A DNA stretch of 60,359 nucleotides, counting the filler, from Hausera hauseri (Eukaryota): assembly GCA_046269625.1 (NCBI GenBank). It is 12 parts of 12 records of this genome, joined end to end, with 100 filler letters (N's around TTAATTAATTAA, not from the genome) between each part and the next. Parts side by side here need not be neighbours in the genome. Positions count along the whole stretch, not along the records: positions 10,976 to 16,792 come from JBJURY010183861.1; positions 16,893 to 21,530 come from JBJURY010493131.1; positions 21,631 to 26,323 come from JBJURY010473577.1; 9 more parts are not named here. One strand, given 5' to 3'. The notes under the pieces are model-generated. The model searched no databases, was not told where the DNA came from, and saw nothing but the letters and a program-made list of their open reading frames with translations. The first letter of the stretch is position 1. Each line of letters starts with the position of its first letter. A program made the position numbers and the translations under genes. Shown piece by piece: positions 11,810 to 24,223 of this stretch.

Positions 11810-12225
11810 CGGCGACCTATGGAAGTGAATCATGGGCTATCACACAAGCAATAAAGAAAAAGATAAACTCATTCGAATTAAAGTGCTACAGAAAAGTCCT
11901 AAGAATAGCATGGACTAAACGGAGAACAAACAAAGATATTCTCCAAGAACTGAACATTACCAGCGACTGGCTCATCAACAGTATCATGTCTCGAAAACTG
12001 AAATATTTTCGCCACGTTAAACGTCATGATGGCCTGGAGAAAATAGTTTTGGAAGGTATTATTCCTGGCGCAAGAGGCAAGCAAAGAGTAAGACGACGTT
12101 GGACACAAGACATCAAGGAAACTTTGAAGATGAATTTGAGAGAGGCGGGCGAGCTGACAAGAAACAGAGAATCTTTCAGACGGGTTGTGATGAGGGCAAA
12201 GTTCCGCAAAGGACATGATCGCTTC
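11810..12225 (+). mobile_element. RTE-clade LINE 3' fragment
   Basis: TYGSESW...SFELKCYRKVLRIAW...RKLKYFRHVKRHDGLEKIVLEG.IPG.RG...RRRW. Confidence 0.85.
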
Positions 12226-13512
12226 ATATACTAATATAACATTAATTATACCTGTAGATCTGTGTGGATTTTGGAGAAGGGGGGGGGGGGCTCATATTTT
12301 CTCAGTCAGTCCGTCAAATTATGTTCGTAACATGCAAATCTTTTCCTTTCGTGTCTCACACAGTTATCTCCCCTTATTTGCATTTCCAAATATATTTCTG
12401 TTAACGAAACAGATTCATGCCGCATTTGTAATCCCTGCTTCTGTTTTTAGTAAATGTTTCTTTGTTAGCTTTAGATGCTAGATACTATCGTCCATGATGT
12501 TGTTTCTCAAAGGAGTATGTAAAGTTTGCAGAGCGCCCAGGGGTAAGACTAGTTTAGATTCTACAGCCCTCTAATTGCACCCAGAGACATTATGCATCAG
12601 CCCTAGCAGCTCAGGATTTTGAACCAAATTGAATCGAAAATCATAAAGCGTGACTAACGAATTGCCGTTTAGTAGGATAGAATATAATCAGTCATTCTTC
12701 TTCCCGAGTGCAAGAAAGCTGCTGGCTCTGTAGTTCTTAACGGTGATCAGCAAAATCTACTGGACTGTGGTGAAAGATTGTCTTGGCTAACATAGCTAAA
12801 AGACTGGTTGCAGAATAAGAGACGTGGATTTATTGTTTTTACGGTATCCACCAAAGTACTCTTGATAATGATGATGCTAATTCTAAACAGTAAATGTATA
12901 ATCTAACACATGATTTGCACATTGATCGGCTTACATACCAGCGTGTATACGAACATACGCAGTCACACTCACCTTATTTTCCTTCAAGTGCAACGACGAT
13001 TGGGACCACCACGTGGGCAACTTCCACAAGCTTATCTACCCAGTTCTCTTGTAGCTGAGGAAATTAAGAGTTAAGAAAAGTTAGCAATGTGCTTATGTAT
13101 TTATGCAGCCAAGGTCAAAGCAATCCGGTCATTCCATTTCTTCTCCGTTTGTTTTGTTTCAATAACCAAAGGTTTGTTTTCCGAATATGTCCGCAAACCC
13201 GCCATTTAACAACAATAACACATTTCTTTCCATCAGCTTCCTTACGTAAAAATTCGCCATGTTCGTCCTGCTGTTGTTTCCCGTAAGGAGCCTTCAAAAT
13301 CAATATACAAACCAGTGTATCTTCCACACAGATATTTCCAGCAAACCCTACTGCCAACTCATTTCCTCTCACACAGGGTGCCTCATGTAGCACATGATTA
13401 CAGTCGTATCAGATGCCAGGAGATAATGCTCGAAATCCCAGGAAGTCAACCATCAACAAGACTTTCACTGGATGGCAATAAAATATTAAATGAAAATAAT
13501 ATTTCTGTGCAT

Positions 13513-13689
13513 CAGTGGTTCCCAAAACAGTATATGTGCCAGTACCTTCAGGAATACTGGTCTTTAAAAGAAAGCTACGGTGGTACATAACAATAAAACA
13601 GCATCAATATTTAAAAAGTATGTTTATTATCTAAGATTACAAATGCGTCGCTTAGGGGTCCTCGGGTGATAATATGTTTGGAACCGTTG
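13513..13689. mobile_element. Possible hAT (Charlie-type) MITE
   Basis: CAGTGGTTCCCAAA at the left end and an imperfect inverted copy TTTGGAACCGTTG at the right end. Confidence 0.4.
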
Positions 13690-14639
13690 ACCTAAGTAAT
13701 TATTAAAATAAATTATTAAAATACTTGATAATTATTATGATGATTAATTAATTGATTATTACTTAGATTCAAAAACTGGGGAGACACGTCCTCTGGAGTT
13801 AAGGGGAGTACGGAAATCTTAAGGAGAGGTTGAGCAATTTGGGAATTTAGTTAATTCAACGGGGATATTTTTATTTTAAACTAGAAATAAGCGACCTTTG
13901 TGGATAACAAATTTTTTCTTATCAAAATATTAGTAAAAGATAAGTAATTTATGATGCGGTCACTTACGAAAGATTCATTATAATCAGAAGACGATACGCG
14001 CTTACATACTATACTCCACAAATGCTCGCTTGTGTTTCCCGGAAGTACTGTGCTCAAGGCGTGGCAGTCGTTGATTTTATTTTGCAAATTGAGGTAATAT
14101 TGTCAGAACTGTAGGTTAAATTTTGGTTTTTTATTACAGTGTTTTGACTGAAGACAAATTTATTCAGAGCTCATCACTCAAGAATGGTTTTACGGTAACT
14201 GAAAATAACTTGAGACAAGAGCCCTAGTGTGCTATTTGGTATTATATTGTCAGCAGCAGGGCAATGAAAGCTATGGGTTTGGAACAAAATTTTACACAAA
14301 TCATCCATGTTTAAAGGACAAACTATAAAAGAAATTGTTGCTGGTAAAATCGGCTTCCCGAAGCGCATGAAATTAGAATCATTGGACGCTTTTGTTTAAA
14401 AAAACCAAAGTGAAGTGCAACATCAAAGTAACTGAATTTTCCTATTGCTAACAACAAGAAAGCTAGAGGAAAACCTTGCCTATCGCATTTAATTCCACCT
14501 GTTGCATGTTTATTTTTTTCCCATTAAAACGGCTCAAGGGAGCCACCTAGCCTCAGAAACTGGGTACCCGAACAATTTTCTGGGAGAGTAAATGCGACTT
14601 ATTATAAAGGATATTTTTCATTTCGTGAAATGTTGCTTT

Positions 14640-15140
14640 AGTTTGGACTAGTCTGCTTTTTACCTCAGTAATGCATCTTCCATCTGCTGTTATTATTGTT
14701 CCCAAATATTTAAACCTATTGACTTGCTTAAGTTTTTTTTCGTTTTACATTTATTGTACAATTGATTTGCTGTTTATTCTTTGAAATGACTATTATTTCT
14801 GTTTTCTTTGGATTAAGACTGAGGCCTTTGCTGTCTCTCACTTCTACTACTTTGTCTACAAGTGTTTGTAGATCTTTTTCACTTGTAGCAATCAATACAG
14901 TGTCACCGGTATATCTTAGGTTATTTATATTGTGTCCTTCAATAAGAGCTGACGCTCGATGACTGTGGATTAATGACAAGATATTGTGTCCTCCTACTAA
15001 TATTCCTGGTTTGTCTTCTATAGCTCTTGTTATTATTTCACTATATATGGATAAAGGTCAGGTGATAAGACACATCCTTGACACACCCCTCTTTTAATTT
15101 GCTGGTATTTTCCTAGCTCATTTTCCATGTTTACCGCAGT
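14640..15140 (-). mobile_element. RTE-clade LINE reverse transcriptase fragment (decayed)
   Basis: GVCQGCVLSP...NNLRYTGDTVLIA.SEKDLQ.LV (YADD mutated)...GLSLNPKKT...FKYLG. Confidence 0.85.
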
Positions 15141-15221
15141 TATTTATGATCACACATGATCTAATAGAAGATATTAAAACATAAGTTGTAGAAACGGTGC
15201 TGTACATGTATCATCATAGTC

Positions 15222-15712
15222 AGTGTGTTCCAACGACAACCATACGTTACAGAATGTGGCCCAACGACAACCGTAGGTTACTGAATGTGGTCCAACGACA
15301 ATCATAGGTTACAGGAGTGAACACGATAGTAATAACGATGGTGATCCAAATTGAAATCCACTCACCCAGTCATAACGCAAACATACATTTACACGCACGC
15401 ACATACACTTTCTCTCATTCTCTCCTGCTCTTATGTCAGCTATATACTACACAAGTCTACTCATATATAGTCAACATCGTTACGTTATAATTACAAATAA
15501 GAAGACTATGATGATAACGGTAATGGTAAAGAAATAACCATAGAAAAATGGTTTAAAGAAGAATTTTGTCACAAATGAATGAAGTAAAAGAAGACGATGA
15601 TGATGATTTTTATGGCGGTGATGACAATCATGATGCTGATGATGGTCACGGTATAATGTATGGTTGTCGTTGGAACACATTCAGTAATCTGCTGTTGTCG
15701 TTGGGCTACATT
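15222..15712. repeat. 31-bp tandem units (about 3, 15222-15312) and an inverted set (about 15655-15712)
   Basis: CCAACGACAA at 15230, 15261 and 15292; the reverse complement TTGTCGTTGG occurs twice near 15664-15704. Confidence 0.75.
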
Positions 15713-17060
15713 AAGTGACCCTTTGATAATTTTCTTCATTCATTTAAGCACTCTGCTGCATTCTATGATGAGCTGAACTCGTGGTTATTCAGATTATTTG
15801 TTTTCATCTTTCCATTTCCGTATAACTTTAAAATTAAATAAATCATATCTCCCTTCCACCCCCCTCTCTTTCTCTCTCTCTCTCTCTTTGTACCATTAGT
15901 ACTGATGACACATCCGACTGCTACTGAGAAATGTCTTTTCCCCAAGTCAGAGCCCTAGCTAACAGCATTTTTGTTGCAGTGCTCCTCCATGTCTTCTTAT
16001 GCTGATCTCGTCCTCTATTATCCTATGAGGCCCATTGTAATGCTTTCCGTGGCAGTAGGTCTTCTGTCTTTCTCATCAAATGTCCTAGCCAACGTCGTCT
16101 TCTAAGCTCAGTATCAGTTGATAATTCCTGCATTTATCTTTTATTTAACAAGCGCCCCTTTTATATTTTGAAGAAAATATTCGTTTGATCCTTCTTAGGC
16201 ATTATGATAATCATTTAAATTATCTTCACTTTTTTCGCGTCCATACAGCAACACACTCAAAACCTACTTGTGCACCCTGCGGCAAACATGAATATGATGT
16301 TATGACCACATTGTGCTGCAACTAAATAGTACATCATTGTTTGATGTGGTAAGCACCACACCTGATAAACTTACTGTTCCCAGAGGAAATTTCTCCCGCT
16401 GACCGCTGAGTGAACTGGGGCGAGCCGGTCCAAGTTTAGAACTTGTAGTTTGCACATTGCATTGACACGCTGAAAGCCCAATCACTGGGCTAATTCCCCC
16501 TCCCCCCACCCCCGACTTCATTTTATTTAATATTTCATTTTATTTTTGTCTCAGAGAAGAAAGTAAAAACAATGATGCATATGTCTTTACCCTGGTTAAA
16601 TAAACGTTTTGTTCCCTGATTAGTTCGTTCATTCTCTTTCCTTAAATAGGAAAAATATCTGCGTATTCTTTAATAAACATTGGAGCAGGAATTAAAAAAA
16701 CATGTTCCTGTTGCTCCGTCACAAAATCAAAATGTTAAAAAGTTATTACTGTATAATTACCTCCCGTGTTCCAGCGTTTGCTGCACTTCCCANNNNNNNN
16801 NNNNNNNNNNNNNNNNNNNNNNNNNNNNNNNNNNNNTTAATTAATTAANNNNNNNNNNNNNNNNNNNNNNNNNNNNNNNNNNNNNNNNNNNNCTCATTTA
16901 TTAAGGCTAAATAAATTGTAGAATCTCCGAAGAACATATCAAATACTGATAAATAATTTACTACATGGAAATCAAATACCGAAAGTAAAATTAAATTGGG
17001 GATTAACGAGTTGTAATTTATTACCATATTGACAAAATGAATGATGATTTTTTACTTCAG

Positions 17061-20000
17061 AATGTAATTCAAACCCAAAAAAGTCTGAAGATTTTTTCAA
17101 TCAAATTAAACATCAATTTCGATTTGGCGGACCTTTAGACCCGAAACGAAATCCGAATCTCATTAATTTTATTATAATTGGTTTGATGTCGGGTGGGATT
17201 ATTTACAGTGTTTACAGTAACATTTATCGACAAGTTCCATGGAAGGAGTTTGTGGAGAATTTCTTAAAAAGGTAATGAGTGTTTATTATTACTTTCCATT
17301 TTGGGAATTTGTTTAAAGGAACGTAAATGGTTTACTGTGGCTAACATGAACTGTCCTAATAACAACGGTCAAGGTTAGAAAGAAAAAATTGTACGTGTAT
17401 GTGATAAGTAACATAATAAATAAAAAGAACTTCATATTTGCAATTATTGTTTACTAAAATTGTTTTTATTACTTAAACAAATATTTTATCATTTCTACCA
17501 CCAAATAAATGATAATACTATCACAGGCACATTTTATTTTTTCGTACCTTGTTCGGTGCTATTAGGGCAGATATGTTTGAATTTCATTATGTTGTAATCG
17601 TTGTATATTTAGGGGCATCGTATCAGAATTGGAAGTTGTCAATCGGGAATGGGTCAGAATTCGGTTGTATGACAGACCGATTTATACCATTAAAGAAAGC
17701 GATGATGAGTTTTTTCAAAAATCGTCCATCATTGACAATTCGAAAATATACTGGTTTAACGTTGGTAACGTCGATACATTCGAAAGGAACTTACGGAAAA
17801 TTGAAGAAGAATTGGGCATCGAACCGAGTCAACAAATGGCCATTATTTATACCAAACGATTTTCATTGTATTCGATTTTCGATTGAAATATTTGACTGAT
17901 TAGCTTTAGGTTTAAATTTTTGGAAGGTGTTAGCGGATGGGTCATTCCTGCAATTGCTGCGTACTTTTTATTTCGTTACATGGCTCGTGGAATGCCGGGA
18001 CAAGTAATGGAGTTGGTTACGAACATATTCGATATTTTATTAATTTAGGGTGGTGCTCCAGGTCGATCGGGTGGTTTATTTGGATTCAGTCGATCAACGG
18101 TGAAAATTGTTGAAAAGGGTGACATCAAGACTCGGTTTTTCGACGTTGCCGGATGCGAAGAAGCCAAAACGGAAATTATTGAATTCGTAAATTTCTTGAA
18201 AAATCCCGAGAAATACCGGGCATTGGGAGCAAAAATCCCGCGTGGTGCTATTCTGAAGGTATGGTTATTTCACCGTTCGTCGATCATTGATTGTCAGGGA
18301 CCTCCGGGTACCGGAAAAACGCTTTTAGCCAAAGCAACTGCCGGTGAAGCCAATGTTCCATTCCTCTCAGTGTCGGGTAGTGAGTTTCTGGAAATGTTCG
18401 TCGGCGTCGGACCGGGTCGAGTTCGTGACATGTTTGCTCGAGCCAGATCGACGTCACCGTGTATTCTGTTCATTGATGAAATCGACGCCATTGGACGAAA
18501 GAGAAGTGGCCGCTCGTTTGGCGGAAATTCTGAGCAAGAAAATACGCTGAATCAATTATTGGTGGAAATGGATGGTAAGTTATTATCATTGATTTATTTG
18601 TTGGAATGGATGATGAGTTGATGATGAATTGATTTGTTCTTGATGGTGGTATCGCTTGCGATGACTGCCCATGATTGTTTCTAATCTTCTCTCTGATTCC
18701 ATTTCATGGTTTTGATCTTGTAATTATCTTCGATACATTTTCATTTCATGAATTTAGGATTTAAGACATCGGAAAACGTCGTTGTTTTGGCTGCAACCAA
18801 TCGGATTGATATTTTGGATCCGGCATTGCTGCGTCCCGGTCGATTCGATCGGCAAATATATGTTGCATTGCCGGATATAAAAGGACGGGCATCGATATTC
18901 AAGGTAATTATTGCTGATTGCCCGTCGCGGTCTGCGAGAGGTTTTTGTCTCGCCTGTTGGGGACTATCTTGGCGAACTATCGAATTTTTCGAATATGTTC
19001 GATTTCTATTCGAATTCGAACAACCCTAACTCGAATTTATCGTTTTCTCTTTCTTTCATCGTCATAGTTAAAGTAAAACCTCAATTTACAATCACGCAGG
19101 TTCATCTGAAACCCATCAAAACCAGCATAGACAAAAACGACGTATCCAGAAAACTGGCTGCAAGAACGCCCGGTTTTTCTGGTGCTGATGTTGCAAATGT
19201 GTGCAATGAAGCTGCTCTTATCGCAGCTCGAGAAAACGCTAGTGGTGTTGAATTTAAACATTTCGAATCGGCAATCGAACGTGTCATCGCCGGATTGGAA
19301 AAAAAGACGCAGGTATGATGAAATGTGCAACTGCTGCCATTGTGTGCCATTCAATTGATTTTAGGTTCTTCAACCGGAAGAGAAAAAAACTGTTGCCTAT
19401 CACGAAGCGGGACATGCAGTTGCCAGTTGGTTCCTCGAGCACTGTGATCCTCTGCTGAAGGTGTCCATCATTCCGCGCGGCAAAGCACTGGGTTACGCAC
19501 AGTACATGCCACGCGACGCATATTTGTTCACAGAAGATCAACTGTTGGATCGCATGTGCATGACGTTGGCTGGTCGTGCCAGTGAATTGATATTCTTCAA
19601 TAAATTCGGATCCGGTGCACAGGACGACCTGCAGAAAGTCACACAGAATGCATATGCACAAATTGTACAGCTCGGCTTTAACAAGAAAGTCGGTCATTTA
19701 AGTTTCGATCTTCCTCAACAGGGCGACATGAACCTTTCCAAACCGTATTCGGAACACACTGCTCAGCTAATCGATGAGGAAGTTCGAATTATGGTTCAGA
19801 AATCGTTTGATCGTGCCGTAACATTGTTGACCTCGAAACGTGATTTTGTGGAGAGAGTTGCGCTCAAACTGTTGGAGAAAGAACAGATTGACAAATCAGA
19901 TATGGTAGAGATATTAGGTAAACGACCGTTCGCTGAGAAGACGACGTATGAGGAATTCGTTGAAGGAACCGGTTAGTTTTTGTTTTGTTATATGTAAATT

Positions 20001-20117
20001 TGAAAATAATTTTATTCAGGCTCGTTGGATGAAGACACGACTTTACCAGAAGGATTACGTGATTGGAATAAAGACAAATCGAATGATTCAGATGTTTCGC
20101 CTGATAGTCACAAATGA
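17061..20117 (+). CDS. AFG3L2: Mitochondrial m-AAA protease AFG3L2 (spliced, 5' partial)
   Basis: [15 protein letters not shown], Walker A GPPGTGKT, Walker [26 protein letters not shown]-terminal [26 protein letters not shown] introns include 18259-18297, 18575-18757, 18904-19099, 19313-19364 and 19972-20019; stop at 20115-20117. Confidence 0.93.
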
Positions 20118-20297
20118 TGTTTTTTTCAATAAATGTTTCATTAGTTCATTTTTACATTCTGATGATCGATATGAGATAGAGAAATTTGTTGTTCCCTTTA
20201 CTCGATTTTGATTGGTTGAAATTTTGAGGTTATTTTATTATCATCTGTCTACTTAAAGTATTCGTCTCGTTGATATTCGGTACAACTGTATATTTTC

Positions 20298-20749
20298 ATG
20301 ATGAAATGCAGTCGTTGTGACGAAATTGTCGAGCCGAGTGTAAAGGTATTCGATTTTATGTATTAATAGTTATTTGTCATTTTTTCCGATTTTAAACATA
20401 GTATGCAGCATTCCGAGGATTGACATGGCATGTTGATTGTTTCAAATGTGATGAATGCGACAACGGTATGGTGAACGTACCATTTTCAATTGATTTTGGT
20501 TTGCATTGTACGTCGTGTTTTGACAAGAAATTCGGCAAAAATTGCGTTGGATGTGGAAATTTAATTCGGATCGGTGATGAAAATTATCGTTTCGGTGAAA
20601 TCAGTTGGCATAGAGATTGTTTTCGATGTAAGCAATGTTGGGAACATTTGGATCCAAATTCTTATTGGACTCGTGATGAAGGCGACGATGCGTATTGTCG
20701 AAAATGTTATGGGGAATTATTTACGTCGGTTTGTACAAAATGTCAGACG
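20298..20749 (+). CDS. Multi-LIM-domain protein (FHL/Limpet-like), 3' partial
   Basis: MMKCSRCDE exon, intron 20346-20401, then WHVDCFKCDEC...HCTSCFDKKFGKNCVGC...WHRDCFRCKQC...YCRKCY; donor site at about 20750. Confidence 0.85.
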
Positions 20750-21630
20750 GTTAGTGGGAAAAATAATTATTTTTATTCTTTCGATTAGCTAGCATGATTA
20801 AGTTTTGTTTAAATATTACGTATTTCCATTTGACCTTGGCAATTGATTTGTGTTTAGTGTGTTTGTGGAATTTGTCTGATTTTATTCGTAATGGATTTTT
20901 GAAATTTGCTAATTAGTTCATCATTTTGTTACAGTCTATAATTATTTAAGCTTTCCTAAAAGCAATGTATGAAAATACTTATGTGAGTTGTAAGCACTAA
21001 TAAAAAATATGAATTATCATTTAGCCGAAGAAGATTAACAACTTTACATGATTTTTTAATTGAAAATAAAATGTTTGTTACTATAGAGTCGAATAAAGTA
21101 AAACCATTTTATGTTTTGTTCCACAACATTAATTCTCTGAAAATTGTCAGCGCGGTTCAGTAATTAACGCTGGGTTATTGTTTCGTATTCATATTCAGTT
21201 GTATTGAGTATAGAAAATGTAAAATTGTTGTATGCTGTTAAAAAGATGTCCAATAAAGGAGGTTAGCAGTTGATAAGAAAAGATTCGCTTTTGTCCTAAC
21301 TGCATACTAGAATAGAAAGTAGTTCAGTGTATATTATTGGAGAAATTTTTATGATTATAGTAAGAGAAGTAGAAGATTCCATATCAATTTATATTTATAT
21401 TTCGAATATAATTGACATTGTTCAAACAAATTATCCCATATTTTCTAACTTCCCTCTCCCGCCGTTTTGTTGTTTGACGTCACTCTTTTCAACCACTCGA
21501 TTCGCCTGGGTTTCAGTCTATTCGGAAATTNNNNNNNNNNNNNNNNNNNNNNNNNNNNNNNNNNNNNNNNNNNNTTAATTAATTAANNNNNNNNNNNNNN
21601 NNNNNNNNNNNNNNNNNNNNNNNNNNNNNN

Positions 21631-22940
21631 CCTCCTTTTTATTACCACTAGTGGGGATGCTATTGATGATTGTGATGGTCTGCATTTGTTTGCATTTATC
21701 ATTTTTTCGAACCATCCTTTGGCTGTTTTTAACTTCTCATCGAACAGTCTTCTGAGGGGTTGACTTCGTGGTAGTCCCGATAAGTATATTCCGTGACAAA
21801 CTTTGTCTCTGAAGGCGCTTTGTGTACTTGTTTTGTACTTCTGCCTATGCGCTTGAATTGTGTTGATACGAATTTTCCTTTGCTCATAGTCCAGGACGAA
21901 CCCGGAATGTGTCAAAAAATCGCCTCCCAGTATTGGTTGATTAACTTCGCAGACGTGAAAGTTCCAAACGAATTCTCTGTCGTTGATGATCACCGTTAGT
22001 TGCAGGTTCCCCTGGCATTTGATTATTGAATTGTTGGCGGCGTGAAATATGAAGTCGCAGTGTTGCTTCGGCCGGAATTTGGATGCTGGTAGACACGATA
22101 TGGCTGCCCCCCTGTCCAACTAGAAAGTTAATATCCCTGCTCGAGACGGTTAATGAATTAATGCATCGTTCCGAAGGAACCTCCACGATGTCTATTTTCG
22201 GGTTACCATGTCGTTTCCCTGCGTGTTGAAAGTGCAAGGTGAGCCGTCGTCTAATGCTTTGCACTTGATTGCTTTGTTTCCAAATTTAGCCTTTTAACAA
22301 CTTAGTGAGCTTTGTTTTCCGTTGATTTGTTTCTTAATCTGCAATATGTCATTGCGGAGCTCGTTCAGATGGCTCTATAGGTCTTTAGCCGCTGATGTTT
22401 GGGATGTCACGATAGAGATTTCTGAAGTGTTCTGGTCGTACAATAAGTCGGCGAGGTCCATCAGTTCCTCGATATCGTTGTTCATGTGCTCTATGATGCT
22501 GCTTCGGAGATGGGCCGGCAATGCTTCGAAGACTTTAAATTTTTCGATCTCTTCGCTGTCTATGTTGGTTTCGTGTAGAGCCTGTGGAACATCAGTGAGG
22601 CTTTGTCTGTTCCGTGATGGCGATTGATTATTGAAGCTTCCATGCATGCATATTTAGATTTCTGTCGTTGTTTCAGTATAGTCAGTTTGAGTTCTTCGTA
22701 TTTCTGGTTGGAGACAGTTTTTCGCGGTATCCCCGTGTCTATATCATCTGGTAGTACTGACTAGGCATGGTGAATCTGGTAGTACTGCTCGAGATTGCTA
22801 CCAGCGCGAATTGTGATTCGAGCTGTTCGAACTTGATTTTACAGTTGGAGTAATAAGATGGTGGCAGTTTGATGCTGTTTCGACTGACTTCGGCGTGGTC
22901 GCCAATGTTATGGTTTTGGTCGGTTGTCATTCGTGCCGTT
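21631..22940 (-). mobile_element. Decayed Ty3/gypsy element: gag, protease, start of RT
   Basis: Gag N-terminus KLPP..Y...F.QLESQF; protease FL.DRGAAIS...PILGGDFL; RT start RPSQSSIASPLVV. Confidence 0.85.
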
Positions 22941-23948
22941 AGGCAATGAAAACAATAGATTGCGAATTCAACAACTTTCTTTTTCAAAACAAACTCTTAT
23001 TTAAACAAATTATTGTTTTAATTCCTTTTATGAATTTTCACGAATTCATGTTACTACAGTTAGCATGCTTAATGATAATGATTTCCAAAAACATGCTTTA
23101 TATAATTTACGGTGTATGATGTAATCCTTTCTGATTGGCTGCATATATGTAAGGAAAGGACAAAACAATTTACAGAACAAAATTAAATAATTAACTGATT
23201 AGAACATATATTTAATAACAACTATCATATTTTCACTTTCGCACTTCTGTATCCAACTGCTTCAACTTACATTTCTCTGCCGGTAACATCGAGCAATTTA
23301 ACATCTTGTGATCAAAAATAACATTCACAATTGTTCTAATTAGGATTCAGTTATAACCTTAACCTTTTAAAACTAATTACCTAGCATACGCGAATTCTGA
23401 TCGCTGATACCTTCTATATGATAACTGTGTCGACGTTTCCTCACTTTTATATCGTCAGGTAGCTCAATAATTATTGGAACGTTTAGCAAGTTTATTGTGT
23501 ATTCGCGGAAACAGTCTGATGGTTTAAAAGTATTACATTAAAATGTTTAAAACAAATGACCCTTTTTAACTTTCATCTCTTGCTTGGCGATAACTCCAGC
23601 TGGAAATTTCCAACGTGTGGCATCATTACCTTTGGCCTCATCGTCATGGACCACTTGAGAAATTTACTTCTTCAAATGTTATTGAATTCCAAAGTCCTGC
23701 TTTATTGTTTGCAATATCTAAATATTTCTTCAAAACTCACAAACTTTATTAATTGATTAGCTTTCTCTGATGTATCATTGTAACTAAGACATTATAGAAG
23801 TTTCATTTAAAACTTATGACAAGGTCGTCCTTATATACTTTTTCATTTGTTTATATATCCTTCCCTGTGTGTGCATAGACTACTCTACCCTACCCGCTGT
23901 AACTGTGGAACATGCCTTGTACACCAAAACTTTTCCCACGGATTTGTA

Positions 23949-24094
23949 GACATTCTTAGACTGTTGCTATGGAATTCTTAGACATTTTTAGATTGTTGCA
24001 ATGGGACTCATAGACATTCTTCAACCGTTGCTATGGAATTTTTGAACATTCGTACACTTTTAGATATTCTTAGACCATTGGTATGGAACTCTGA
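23949..24094. repeat. Degenerate 32-bp tandem repeat (about 4 units)
   Basis: GACATTCTTAGACTGTTGCTATGGAATTCTTA-like units at 23949, 23981, 24013 and about 24063. Confidence 0.75.
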
Positions 24095-24223
24095 GATATC
24101 CAAATAGTCTTAGATAAATCCTCCACTTTTGGGCCAGATGATTCATTAAGGCATGACTCATCGTGTATGATGCATTACGAGTTGCTAACTACCTGTCAAG
24201 AATATGTAAATTTACATTTACAC

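Noticed and set aside
18100-19976. Bacterial FtsH
   Set aside because: Spliceosomal introns and AFG3L2-specific motifs.
23949-24094. CRISPR-like array (also 15230-15312)
   Set aside because: The units are directly tandem with no unique spacers, there are no cas genes, and the context is eukaryotic.
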